A stretch of 64,000 nucleotides of DNA from Patescibacteria group bacterium. Lineage in GTDB: Bacteria > Patescibacteriota > Patescibacteriia > UBA1558 > GWA2-36-10. The DNA lies in the NCBI GenBank assembly GCA_028718865.1, contig JAQUKX010000001.1, positions 67 to 64,066 on the forward strand, given 5' to 3'. Numbering within the stretch: position 1 is the stretch's first letter; every line of letters starts with the position of its first letter. The position numbers and the translations under genes were made by a program. This document shows positions 38,960 through 47,370 of the stretch, one piece after another. The notes below the pieces were generated by a model. The model made no database searches and was not told where the DNA came from. It saw only the letters and a program-made list of their open reading frames with translations.

Positions 38960-39250
38960 ATGAACAAACAATACTTTGTTTATATTTTAGCTAGCTATAA
39001 ACACGGAACCTTGTATACAGGAATAATAAGTGATTTAAGTAAACGAATATTACAGCATAAAGAAAAATTCTATCCTCAATCTTTTACTGCTAAATACAAT
39101 ATAAATAAACTGGTTTATTATGAAATACATGAAGATCCTTATGAGGCAATATCCAGAGAAAAACAAATTAAAAACTTATTACGGATTAAAAAAATAAAAT
39201 TAATTGAAGAAAAAAATCCTAACTGGCAAGATCTACATAATGAGCTATAA
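38960..39250 (+). CDS. GIY-YIG nuclease family protein (stand-alone 96-aa domain)
   Basis: YFVYILASYKHGTLYTGIISDLSKRILQHKE matches the GIY-YIG catalytic motifs (GIY…YTG…R…QH…E). Confidence 0.75.
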   Translation: MNKQYFVYILASYKHGTLYTGIISDLSKRILQHKEKFYPQSFTAKYNINKLVYYEIHEDPYEAISREKQIKNLLRIKKIKLIEEKNPNWQDLHNEL

Positions 39251-39306
39251 GCCTGTCCTTCTGGAGCGAGCGTAGCGAGCGATAGAACCTACCATTATTC
39301 CTTATT
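39251..39306 (+). repeat. Single copy of the TGTCCTTCTGGAGCGAGCGTAGCGAGCGATAGAACCTACCATT repeat module
   Basis: Direct reading. It abuts the GIY-YIG stop codon. Confidence 0.7.
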
Positions 39307-39344
39307 AAATCAAAAACCAGCCCATATCGGCCGGTTTTTTTAGT

Positions 39345-41528
39345 TTAACTCCCTTCTTTCAACTCCTCCAAATGCCTGACATAATCCCCTAAAGTATCAA
39401 TCCAATCCGGATGTTCTATAAGCAAATCACTTACATAATCAATCGCTCTTTGATAATCGCCCCGAAACTCATAAATAGAAGCCAGGGAAATATGCGCCCG
39501 GATATTCAAAGGATCCAAGGGTATAGCTCTGTTTAGTAAAATCGCTTCTGCCGACTCTTCCTGATCAGCCATAAAATAATACTGCCCCAAACGCCGATAA
39601 TCCTCGGAACTAAGCGGCCCGAGCCTGGCCTCCATCTCGGCAATATAATAATTCATCTTGTCTATGTTCTTTATTCGCGCGCTGATATTGATGACATTAA
39701 AATAATCTTCCTGCCTGTTTTGAGTCAGAGACAAAATCTTTTCCAAATACTCCAAACTTTTGCCAAAATCATTTTTCAAAAAATAACTCTGTCCTAGAAG
39801 ATTATAAATTTCCACTCGCATTGGATAAAGATCAGCCACTTCTTCTAGGATGTCTATGGACTCCTGGATATAAAAGGTATTAAACCTGGCATAGGCCTGA
39901 TAGGTCTGTACCAAAAAGAAACGAGTCCTAAGCTCTCTGGGATCTTTGGCTAGTATATCTTTGAGCCGTTTTTCAGTTTCTTCAAAAATCTCATTTTGAA
40001 ACTGCAAGTCAAAATCCGGATGCTCCAATACCTGCAGAGTGTATCTGGCCAGCTGATGGGCAATTTCTACATTGCCGTAAGTATTCATATCCAAAGATTG
40101 GCGATAATAACCCAAGGTTTTGACTGGATCCACATTGTAATTTTTTATAGCCTCAATTCCCAAAATACTGGCTCGAGCCGGCCGGATAATAACGCTATAA
40201 GTGGTCAAAACCGCCAAAACCATCATCAAGCTCAAAACAATATAATAATTTTTGGCCAAAAAATTTGGCCAGCGGCAATTGTCGCTGTTGGCTGACGGCC
40301 AGAGAAAATAAGCAAAAGCCAAAAAGGGTATTAGCAAAACCCAACTGTTTAAAGTATCAAAAGCAAACAAATTGCTAACCAAATAAGCTGTCAGTAATCC
40401 TAAGCTCAAGGCCGCCAAGCCGTATTCTTCTTTGCGCCTTTTCCAAATCAAAACTCCGGCTGTCAAAAATACTCCCAAATAAGCTGCTAGCCCCAAAAAT
40501 CCCGACGACCCCAAATAGTCAAAAATAAAGCTATGTGCCCTATCAAACCACTGCTCAGTAATATCAGGGTTAAAATGCTTGTTTATGCCATAACTGATAT
40601 TTTCCGGGCCATAGCCCAAAATCGGTCTATCTTGAGCTGCCTGCCAAGTCACTTCCCAAGTAAGCAGACGATTGTTGGCACTGGAATCTTCTCGAGAAAT
40701 TGTAGTCAAGCGATTTAAAAAGAAAATATTGGAAACCAGCGGACTGTCTTTTTGCCAAAAAGCCAAACCACCCAGTACCAAAATTAAAACACTGGCTGTA
40801 TAAAAAATCTGTTTGAATTTTTTGCTGGCCTGAAAGCTATAAACCAAGGCTGCCAAAAATCCCCCTGCCAGTAGCCCCAAAATACTGCCGCGGGAAGCAT
40901 TGGCCAAAAGCACTATCAAAAATAAAGCAGCCGAGGCCAGATAAAACATCTGCCATTTTCTCTGTCTATCCCAATAGTACAAAATCAAAGCCAGAAAAAT
41001 ATTGATCATCAAATAAGAACCCAGAAAAACCGTATTGCCTACGGTGCTGGCATTGTTGAAAAAATCCGCTCTCACCCCCCAGCGATAAAATAAAGTAAAC
41101 AAAGCTATCAAATTAGCTGCTATCAAGCCCGCTCGCCAAAACCAAAGCCAAGCGCTCTTTTCTTTCAGGATCATCAACAGCGTCCAAAAATACAAAGTCA
41201 AAAACAAAAAATGGGACAAGCCGTCCATGCGCTCATAGTTGCCCCAAAAGCTATTGTAAAAATTGACGCCAAATATTGAGGCCAAGGCCTGCACTAGGAC
41301 AAAAACCAGCCAAGCTCCAAATATATAATTCTTTTTTCTTATTCCTTCTTGTGCTCGCAAACCCCAAGCCAGTGCCAGCAAAAAAACTATCAAGACCAAG
41401 GCTCTAAAAACAAAATTCTTAAAACCAATGTAGGGAAAAATAAAACTGGAACTCACCAGTAACGGCGTAAACAAAATCAAACACAACCCCACCTTAGCCA
41501 ACCACTGTTCTTTATTTACTATTTTCAT
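39345..41528 (-). CDS. Polytopic membrane protein, O-antigen ligase/polymerase-like (Wzy_C-type) with C-terminal TPR repeats
   Basis: About 12 TM helices cover the N-terminal 430 aa, including a large loop. The C-terminal 300 aa are TPR (…ISLASIYEFRGDYQRAIDY…). Confidence 0.5.
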   Translation of the reverse strand: MKIVNKEQWLAKVGLCLILFTPLLVSSSFIFPYIGFKNFVFRALVLIVFLLALAWGLRAQEGIRKKNYIFGAWLVFVLVQALASIFGVNFYNSFWGNYERMDGLSHFLFLTLYFWTLLMILKEKSAWLWFWRAGLIAANLIALFTLFYRWGVRADFFNNASTVGNTVFLGSYLMINIFLALILYYWDRQRKWQMFYLASAALFLIVLLANASRGSILGLLAGGFLAALVYSFQASKKFKQIFYTASVLILVLGGLAFWQKDSPLVSNIFFLNRLTTISREDSSANNRLLTWEVTWQAAQDRPILGYGPENISYGINKHFNPDITEQWFDRAHSFIFDYLGSSGFLGLAAYLGVFLTAGVLIWKRRKEEYGLAALSLGLLTAYLVSNLFAFDTLNSWVLLIPFLAFAYFLWPSANSDNCRWPNFLAKNYYIVLSLMMVLAVLTTYSVIIRPARASILGIEAIKNYNVDPVKTLGYYRQSLDMNTYGNVEIAHQLARYTLQVLEHPDFDLQFQNEIFEETEKRLKDILAKDPRELRTRFFLVQTYQAYARFNTFYIQESIDILEEVADLYPMRVEIYNLLGQSYFLKNDFGKSLEYLEKILSLTQNRQEDYFNVINISARIKNIDKMNYYIAEMEARLGPLSSEDYRRLGQYYFMADQEESAEAILLNRAIPLDPLNIRAHISLASIYEFRGDYQRAIDYVSDLLIEHPDWIDTLGDYVRHLEELKEGS

Positions 41529-41584
41529 AACTTAATTTATTTTACTTGTCATTGCCGAGCGAGGCGGGCGTATGCTCATCCACT

Positions 41585-41710
41585 TGTCATTCTGGAGCGA
41601 GCGTAGCGAGCGATAGAATCCACCATTGTCATTCTGGAGCGAGCGTAGCGAGCGATAGAATCCACCATTGTCATTCTGGAGCGAGCGTAGCGAGCGATAG
41701 AACCTACCAT
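41585..41710 (+). repeat. Three contiguous copies of the 42-bp unit TGTCATTCTGGAGCGAGCGTAGCGAGCGATAGAATCCACCAT, preceded by a related degenerate copy at 41546-41584
   Basis: Direct reading. There are no spacers, so it is not CRISPR. It produces the spurious ORF 41546..41791. Confidence 0.9.
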
Positions 41711-41740
41711 TGCCCTTACCTCAAAGCACAAACAAAACCC

Positions 41741-42511
41741 CTACTCCAAATCCAAAAGCATCTGCAAACGATCTATTTCCTGTTGCTCTAGACTGCCCAC
41801 TACCTTTTCATACTCCCGCCACATTTCCACTGCCCTTGAATAATCCTGCTTAGTTCTTTCCAGATAATAAGCATATTCTTTATAAATATTCCTTCTGGTA
41901 GCCGAATTTTTGATGCCTGTCTGATAAATATCATCAGCCTTGAGCGGATCATTGGAATAACTGACATACAGACTAGCCAGTCGTGTATAAGTCTGCTCCT
42001 CATTAGGATAAAGCTCCAGCGCTCTATAGAGATGTTTAGCTGACTCCTGATATTGCCCCATCATTACATAAAGCGTGGATAAACTAATTATAGTTTTATA
42101 ATCTTCCGGCCATTTTTCCAGCAAGCGGAAATAATGCTCCTCAGCCAGAGCATTTTGCCCCAGCAAATAATAATTATAAGCGATCATATAATAATCCTCT
42201 TTGAGATCAGTAAACTGGGGCTGGGAAGGCTCATTGCTCTCTATTGCTGCCTCTGACTTGGCGATTTCCGCCATGACCATAGCCTTGAAATCTTCCGGCG
42301 GCTCTACTGCCCCTACCTCTATTCTCTCTGGATTATTTTCGAAATATTTTTGAGCATCAGCTGAGTCAAAAAACGCCTCTTGTTGGCTGTCTTGAGCTCT
42401 CTGATAGCTGTTATAAGCCCAAATTATGCCAATAGCGAGTATAATGGCCAAAACCAACAACCAAATGCCTTTTGGTCTGTTTTTTGCCTGATTTATTTCA
42501 TTACTTTCCAT
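41741..42511 (-). CDS. TPR-repeat protein with N-terminal membrane anchor
   Basis: N-terminal TM (IWLLVLAIILAIGIIWA) and multiple TPR-like helices. Confidence 0.6.
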   Translation of the reverse strand: MESNEINQAKNRPKGIWLLVLAIILAIGIIWAYNSYQRAQDSQQEAFFDSADAQKYFENNPERIEVGAVEPPEDFKAMVMAEIAKSEAAIESNEPSQPQFTDLKEDYYMIAYNYYLLGQNALAEEHYFRLLEKWPEDYKTIISLSTLYVMMGQYQESAKHLYRALELYPNEEQTYTRLASLYVSYSNDPLKADDIYQTGIKNSATRRNIYKEYAYYLERTKQDYSRAVEMWREYEKVVGSLEQQEIDRLQMLLDLE

Positions 42512-42572
42512 ATTTTTTACTTCAATAATTTCTTAATTTCACTGCTACAATATATCAAAAATAACACCATTA

Positions 42573-42775
42573 GGCAATGTCATTAAGCCTGTCATTCTGG
42601 AGGGAGTCGGGCGTATGCCCGACGACCGATAGAATCCACCATCTGTCATTCTGGAGCGAACGCAGTGAGCGATAGAATCTACTTGTCATTCTGGAGCGAA
42701 CGCAGTGAGCGATAGAATCCACCATTGTCTCTGCCTCAAAGTATCGAGTAATAAAACCCGTCTGTCATCCCGCCC
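42573..42775 (+). repeat. Mosaic repeat cluster: B-type module with the GTCGGGC-GTAT-GCCCGAC hairpin plus two TGTCATTCTGGAGCGAACGCAGTGAGCGATAGAATC modules and a CCATTGTCTCTGCCTCAAAG module
   Basis: Direct reading. Confidence 0.8.
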
Positions 42776-42786
42776 CAAAAACAAAG

Positions 42787-42810
42787 CCCAGCCTCTCGCG
42801 AGAGGCTGGG
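42787..42810 (-). terminator. Intrinsic terminator of the surface-protein gene: the palindrome CCCAGCCTCTCGCGAGAGGCTGGG followed by a U-rich tract on the minus strand
   Basis: Near-identical to the terminator at 4200-4223. The minus strand continues CUUUGUUUUUGG. Confidence 0.55.
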
Positions 42811-42860
42811 TACTTTGTCTTCCTTAACTAAGTCAGGAAATACCTTACTAGCTCAAACTA

Positions 42861-45800
42861 TTACAGAGTAACTGCAATTGTTTGGGTGTCGGTTGGTAAG
42901 TTCTTGACATAAGTGGAATCTAGCCAGTCTGAAGATGTTCCGTCTGCCAAGTGAGGCACAGCAGAACGATCAGACCAGATAAAGCCAGTTTCGTAAAGGC
43001 TGATTAGAGTATAAGTAGTAGAAGTACCAGCTGTAGCTGCGGCTGCTGAAGCATTGATATAAGTACTCAATTGCTTATAACCTGATCCATCTAAGCCAAT
43101 ACCTGCCTTCAATTCATAGGTCTGGCTAGCGCCAGCAGCAATAGTCTGCTCCTGGGTAGTAGTGACAGTAATCAAGCTACCGCTTGGTGTCCAGCTGACA
43201 TTTGACTCGTTCAAAGCTGAGGAGTCTCCCTGTTTGTACAACTTGACGCTATTGGCATCAATAGTCACGCCAATTGAGGAAGCTGTAGTAAAGGAAATTT
43301 GTCTCCAGCTTAGAGGAGCTACGGCATCAGCCGTGACGGTAAAGCGGGAAATAGTCTGAGTGCCTCCAGCCAAAATAGTGGTAGGCAAAGCGGCCAAGGT
43401 AATAGTTGGCTTAGTAGCTCTCACTATCATGGAATTACCATTAACGGGACCTCCCGTGTAAGTATATCCTGTCACACCAGATGACTCGCCCTGGGCACTA
43501 AAGACAGTGGCACTGCCAGTAGAAGCCACTAGGTCTAATCTAGCTGAATTACCTGATACTCCGCCTTGGTTGGCAATAGTGGTCAAGTCAGCTTTGACGG
43601 TTAATACCGCTGTGCTGTCTTTAGCCACATACATACCTAGATTGTAGAACTGAGCTACTCCACTTCCGTCCAAGTATCCATAAGCAGTGGCCGTACCGGT
43701 CTTAGTTGGGTATTCTAGTACTACTCTAGAAATTGTGGCTGCTACACCACTAGCACCGGTAATCTGCAAAGTGTTGATGAAATGCGCTTCGTTTGTAGCG
43801 CTAAATTCAACAGCATTGAGAGTAACGGCTGGCAATCCAGCTACCACAATAGTAGCATCTGGTCGGCTGCCAGCAGCATTAGCTGTAACAGCTCCAGCAG
43901 CAATTGCCATGGTCTGCAAAGTATCTCCGGCGGCAACCTGATTAGTGTTGGTCACTTTAGAAGTACCCTCACCAGCTACTACCAAAGTAATAACAGCTGA
44001 TGGTAGTCCTGATTTGACATCTGCATAGACATCCACCACTTTACTCTGACCAGCATTGAGCGACAGCTTATTGCCGACATTGAAGGTAGTAGTGCCTGAA
44101 GTAGGCATAGTCACGCGGGTAGCCAATTCAGTAGTACCCTGCATCAATTTGACATTGGATACTTCGCCAGAAGTAGCTCCGCTTAGGTAAATGACATTGA
44201 CGTCAATACCTTCAGTAGCACCAGCGCTCACAGTAAATGCGCCAATTCTGGCATTGAGAGCTGGCGAAGTTACATTTTGGTTACCATAAGCAGCAAACTT
44301 AGCCATAGACAATGCTGATTCAGTAACAGTCAAGGTATTACCTTCTGCTCCAGGCACAGTGACTGTCTGCAAGGAAACTTGTCCTTGAGCGTCATTGCCA
44401 GCACTGATTTCTACTTTTACCAATCCACTGGTAATGTCTACACCAGTAGCTGTCTTGATATCCGCATAGATATCCAGCATTTTGGCTGTACCAGCTGGCA
44501 CAATCAAGCTAGAGCCAAAAGTAAAGTTGACATCGGTATCTTCAGTCAAGTTCCTAGTAGAACCAACTTGTACACCATCAAAATAAACTTTACCGTTTTG
44601 TAAACCGCCATTAAGAGCAATAGAAGTAGTGGCTTTTACATTCAAGCTCCTAACTCTTACATCCTCACCAGAAGCCTCTACCTTAAAGGTAGCCAATTTT
44701 ACATTGGTGGCCTTAGCTGCTACTTGTCCGCTAGGAGAAGTATTGTCTCTGACTATGGACAAAGTACCAGCTTGGATTTCAAATTGTCCAGAAGCAGTCA
44801 AAGCTGACCATGAAGTGCTGCCAGAAGTAAATGACTGGGTAAACACTCCATAACCCATGTCTTTGACTATGATGTCAGAAGCATCTCGGACATCAAATTT
44901 AAATGTTCGAGTAGATCCTTTGACAATGTCAATTACCATGGACAAGGTGCGAGTATTGCCTTTGGCAATAGCATAAGGAGAATTGGACAAGTCAAAGAAA
45001 ACCTCTCCGTCCGCATTCATAGTAGCTGTGCCAATAGTAACACCGGCTACTTGCAAGCGGAAATTATCCACATCACCTACGCCAATACTGCCGATTTTGG
45101 TCAAACGCAATCCATGTAAGTGAAGATCCTGATCAGTAGCAGTTAAGCTGATTTTGAAAGCTTCAAAATCTTTTTCATCGGAATTAACCTCAACTGTTCC
45201 AGTTGGGATCATAGTACCGGTGATAACTGCATAGCCAAGATCAGTTGCTTGAGCAGTGCTCATCACATTACCGACCAAAGGATAAGAGCCGGATAGTGAA
45301 GAAGCATTGCTTACTACTTCAGTCAAGTTAAAACCAATGGTCTTACTGGCTGAAGTTGGAACTTCCAAATCAGCTTTTAGCCAGACAGTTCTGGTAGCTC
45401 CAGCTGGAATGGTGATAATACCACTAGCTGAAGTGTCATTGAAGGTCAAAATCTTGGAAGATAGCGAACCTCCTTCTACCAATCTTTCACTGCCATAATA
45501 CAAATAGGCATTGCGAATGTCGCTGTCAGCGGAAATGCCTGTTCTCTCAAATTTCATTTGAGTGACCCTGACACTGCCAGCTGAAGAAGCAGTCAAGTTC
45601 ACTGCCAAAAATGGCACTAAAGCTTGAGCAGTGTTACTATCATCAGAAATGATAGTGGCTGACACTGGGTTGTTGGCTGACATAGATAGAGTCAAGCCAC
45701 CAGCTGGTGTAACCGGAGTAGAGCCTTCGGCCGGCATAAATCCGGACAAAGCTACTTCCTCACCAGTGATGGATGATCCCATGCTCCAGCCGGAAACATT

Positions 45801-46418
45801 GGGCACGCTGATGACATTGCTGTATTTGAAGCCATTGACTTCAAAAGCATCGGCATCGGCAAATGGCCTTACCTGGCTGCTGCTGGAGACATAGTAAATG
45901 TCTGAACCAACCTGCAACAAGGTTCCGATTGGGTGGGTGCTTCCCAAATCAGATCCAGCTACATAGCTGGATGAGAAATAGCCCGGAATTACATCCATTA
46001 CTCTGGAAGCCCAGTTGGCTCCATAGAGATTTGAGGCTACTTCAGCTGTAGGAATCCAGCGGATGACTCCGCCCGGCTCCACAGCGTAAACGCGAGCTGT
46101 ATTCTCGTGGGTAATCAATTTGGTACCAGCACGATAGGTGACAGCTCCGCCGTCTGGATACATATCCAGCTCGGCTACGCTTACTCTGACTACGTCATTG
46201 AAGTTCTCATACCAAGTGAAATAAGTCTTGGCATCAGGAAAGACATATTTCCTTCCATCAGAACCAATGTAGTAGACAGCTGCATCCTTAGCGCCTTGTA
46301 GAGCAAGCAAAGATCCTGCTCCATAGCTACCAGCTGCATCTACTTTTAGTCCTCCAAGGGACCATAGGACAGTGGTAAGCATCAAAGCGAAAACAAGAAA
46401 TCTTTTTGTTAAATTCAT
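42861..46418 (-). CDS. Large secreted surface protein (1185 aa), a putative S-layer or adhesin with Thr/Ser/Ala/Gly-rich beta-repeat architecture
   Basis: Signal peptide MNLTKRFLVFALMLTTVLWSLGGLKVDAAG. There is no C-terminal TM or sorting motif. Low-complexity beta-rich repeats occur throughout. Confidence 0.65.
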   Translation of the reverse strand: MNLTKRFLVFALMLTTVLWSLGGLKVDAAGSYGAGSLLALQGAKDAAVYYIGSDGRKYVFPDAKTYFTWYENFNDVVRVSVAELDMYPDGGAVTYRAGTKLITHENTARVYAVEPGGVIRWIPTAEVASNLYGANWASRVMDVIPGYFSSSYVAGSDLGSTHPIGTLLQVGSDIYYVSSSSQVRPFADADAFEVNGFKYSNVISVPNVSGWSMGSSITGEEVALSGFMPAEGSTPVTPAGGLTLSMSANNPVSATIISDDSNTAQALVPFLAVNLTASSAGSVRVTQMKFERTGISADSDIRNAYLYYGSERLVEGGSLSSKILTFNDTSASGIITIPAGATRTVWLKADLEVPTSASKTIGFNLTEVVSNASSLSGSYPLVGNVMSTAQATDLGYAVITGTMIPTGTVEVNSDEKDFEAFKISLTATDQDLHLHGLRLTKIGSIGVGDVDNFRLQVAGVTIGTATMNADGEVFFDLSNSPYAIAKGNTRTLSMVIDIVKGSTRTFKFDVRDASDIIVKDMGYGVFTQSFTSGSTSWSALTASGQFEIQAGTLSIVRDNTSPSGQVAAKATNVKLATFKVEASGEDVRVRSLNVKATTSIALNGGLQNGKVYFDGVQVGSTRNLTEDTDVNFTFGSSLIVPAGTAKMLDIYADIKTATGVDITSGLVKVEISAGNDAQGQVSLQTVTVPGAEGNTLTVTESALSMAKFAAYGNQNVTSPALNARIGAFTVSAGATEGIDVNVIYLSGATSGEVSNVKLMQGTTELATRVTMPTSGTTTFNVGNKLSLNAGQSKVVDVYADVKSGLPSAVITLVVAGEGTSKVTNTNQVAAGDTLQTMAIAAGAVTANAAGSRPDATIVVAGLPAVTLNAVEFSATNEAHFINTLQITGASGVAATISRVVLEYPTKTGTATAYGYLDGSGVAQFYNLGMYVAKDSTAVLTVKADLTTIANQGGVSGNSARLDLVASTGSATVFSAQGESSGVTGYTYTGGPVNGNSMIVRATKPTITLAALPTTILAGGTQTISRFTVTADAVAPLSWRQISFTTASSIGVTIDANSVKLYKQGDSSALNESNVSWTPSGSLITVTTTQEQTIAAGASQTYELKAGIGLDGSGYKQLSTYINASAAAATAGTSTTYTLISLYETGFIWSDRSAVPHLADGTSSDWLDSTYVKNLPTDTQTIAVTL

Positions 46419-46739
46419 TTTGTCTTCTTTTGTTAACTTGTTCGCTAAACCATGTTTTTCCTTCTATTTTATGGACATCTGCTTGCCTCGGGCAAGCTGA
46501 CTAAAACCATCGCGCCAGGTCCCTCGGAAAAATCCGAGCCGACCTTTCAGGCCCCTGGACCGACAGGCCCAAAAAACGAGGGGGAAAAGCAAAATGTTTA
46601 GGAACATTAATTAGATCCCGCAAGCAAAGCACCGCTTTCTGCCTTCTTAAGTAAAGCTTTGGCGGCGACCTTGTCCTTTTTGGACAAAATCTTACGGGGA
46701 TAACCCCTAAATCGCGCGCGATTAAGCGATAAGTTAGGG
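46419..46739 (-). promoter_or_regulatory. Long GC-rich structured 5' leader/promoter region of the surface-protein gene, with several hairpins and the 14-bp perfect palindrome AATCGCGCGCGATT (46710-46723)
   Basis: Visible hairpins are GCTTGCC-TCG-GGCAAGC, GGTCCCTCGG-AAAAAT-CCGAGCCGACC and GGGG-ATAA-CCCC. The region is markedly more GC-rich than its surroundings and contains no credible ORF. Confidence 0.4.
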
Positions 46740-46960
46740 ATATTAGCTTTTGTCATTCTGGAGCGAGCGTAGCGACCATCTGTCATTCTGGAGCGAGCGT
46801 AGCGAGCGATAGAATCTACCATTGTCTCTGCCTCAAAGCACCGAGCGATAGAATCTACAGACCGTTCCTTTCAGTCATTCCCGTCCCCGCCTTCGCGGGG
46901 ATAAACTCCAGCGGGAATCTACTTTGAGATAAAGAGAATCGATAGAATCCACTTGTCATC
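46740..46960 (+). repeat. Mosaic repeat cluster (A, E, C and D modules)
   Basis: Direct reading. It produces the spurious ORF 46607..46822. Confidence 0.8.
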
Positions 46961-47084
46961 AGACAAATCCAGACAAAAACTCATACCCTCAACCTAACGC
47001 TTCTGGCGTGACTAGCGCCAATCGCGTCTGTTAAGAGGTTTGTATTATAAATTATTAAATAACTATTATCATTGCGATGCCAAT

Positions 47085-47355
47085 CGTAGCGACCACCTGT
47101 CATTCTGGAGCGAGCGTAGCGAGCGATAGAATCTACCATTGTCTCTGCCTCAAAGCACCGAGCGATAGAATCTACCATTGTCTCTGCCTCAAAGCACCGA
47201 GCGATAGAATCTACAGACCATTCCTTTCAGTCATTCCCGTCCCCGCCTTCGCGGGGATAAACTCCAGCGACCTTCTTTTCAGTCATTCCCGCGAAAGCGG
47301 GAATCTACTTTGAGATAAAGAGAATCGATAGAATCTACCATTGTCTCTGCCTCAA
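47085..47355 (+). repeat. Mosaic repeat cluster: an A module, two copies of a 45-bp E-type unit (CGAGCGATAGAATCTACCATTGTCTCTGCCTCAAAGCAC...), then C and D modules and a terminal E module
   Basis: Direct reading. It produces the spurious ORFs 46981..47178 and 47077..47313. Confidence 0.85.
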
Positions 47356-47370
47356 ATATAACCCACTCTC

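Noticed and set aside
41546-41791. A possible CRISPR array, or a coding sequence with the repeated peptide HHCHSGASVASDRI, from the six-frame track
   Set aside because: The 42-bp units are directly abutting with no unique spacers, and the same modules are dispersed at many intergenic sites. The ORF is just a translation of the tandem repeat.
46440-46610. A candidate SRP RNA, 6S RNA or tmRNA in the GC-rich segment upstream of the surface-protein gene
   Set aside because: By eye I could not find the conserved SRP domain-IV motif, the tmRNA tag ORF / CCA end or the 6S bubble architecture. It is kept only as an unclassified structured leader.
46607-47313. ORFs 46607..46822, 46981..47178 and 47077..47313, all containing 'DSIARYARSRMT'-like peptides
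   Set aside because: All lie inside the mosaic repeat clusters, share repeat-derived peptide strings in different frames, and have no start or RBS context. They are spurious.
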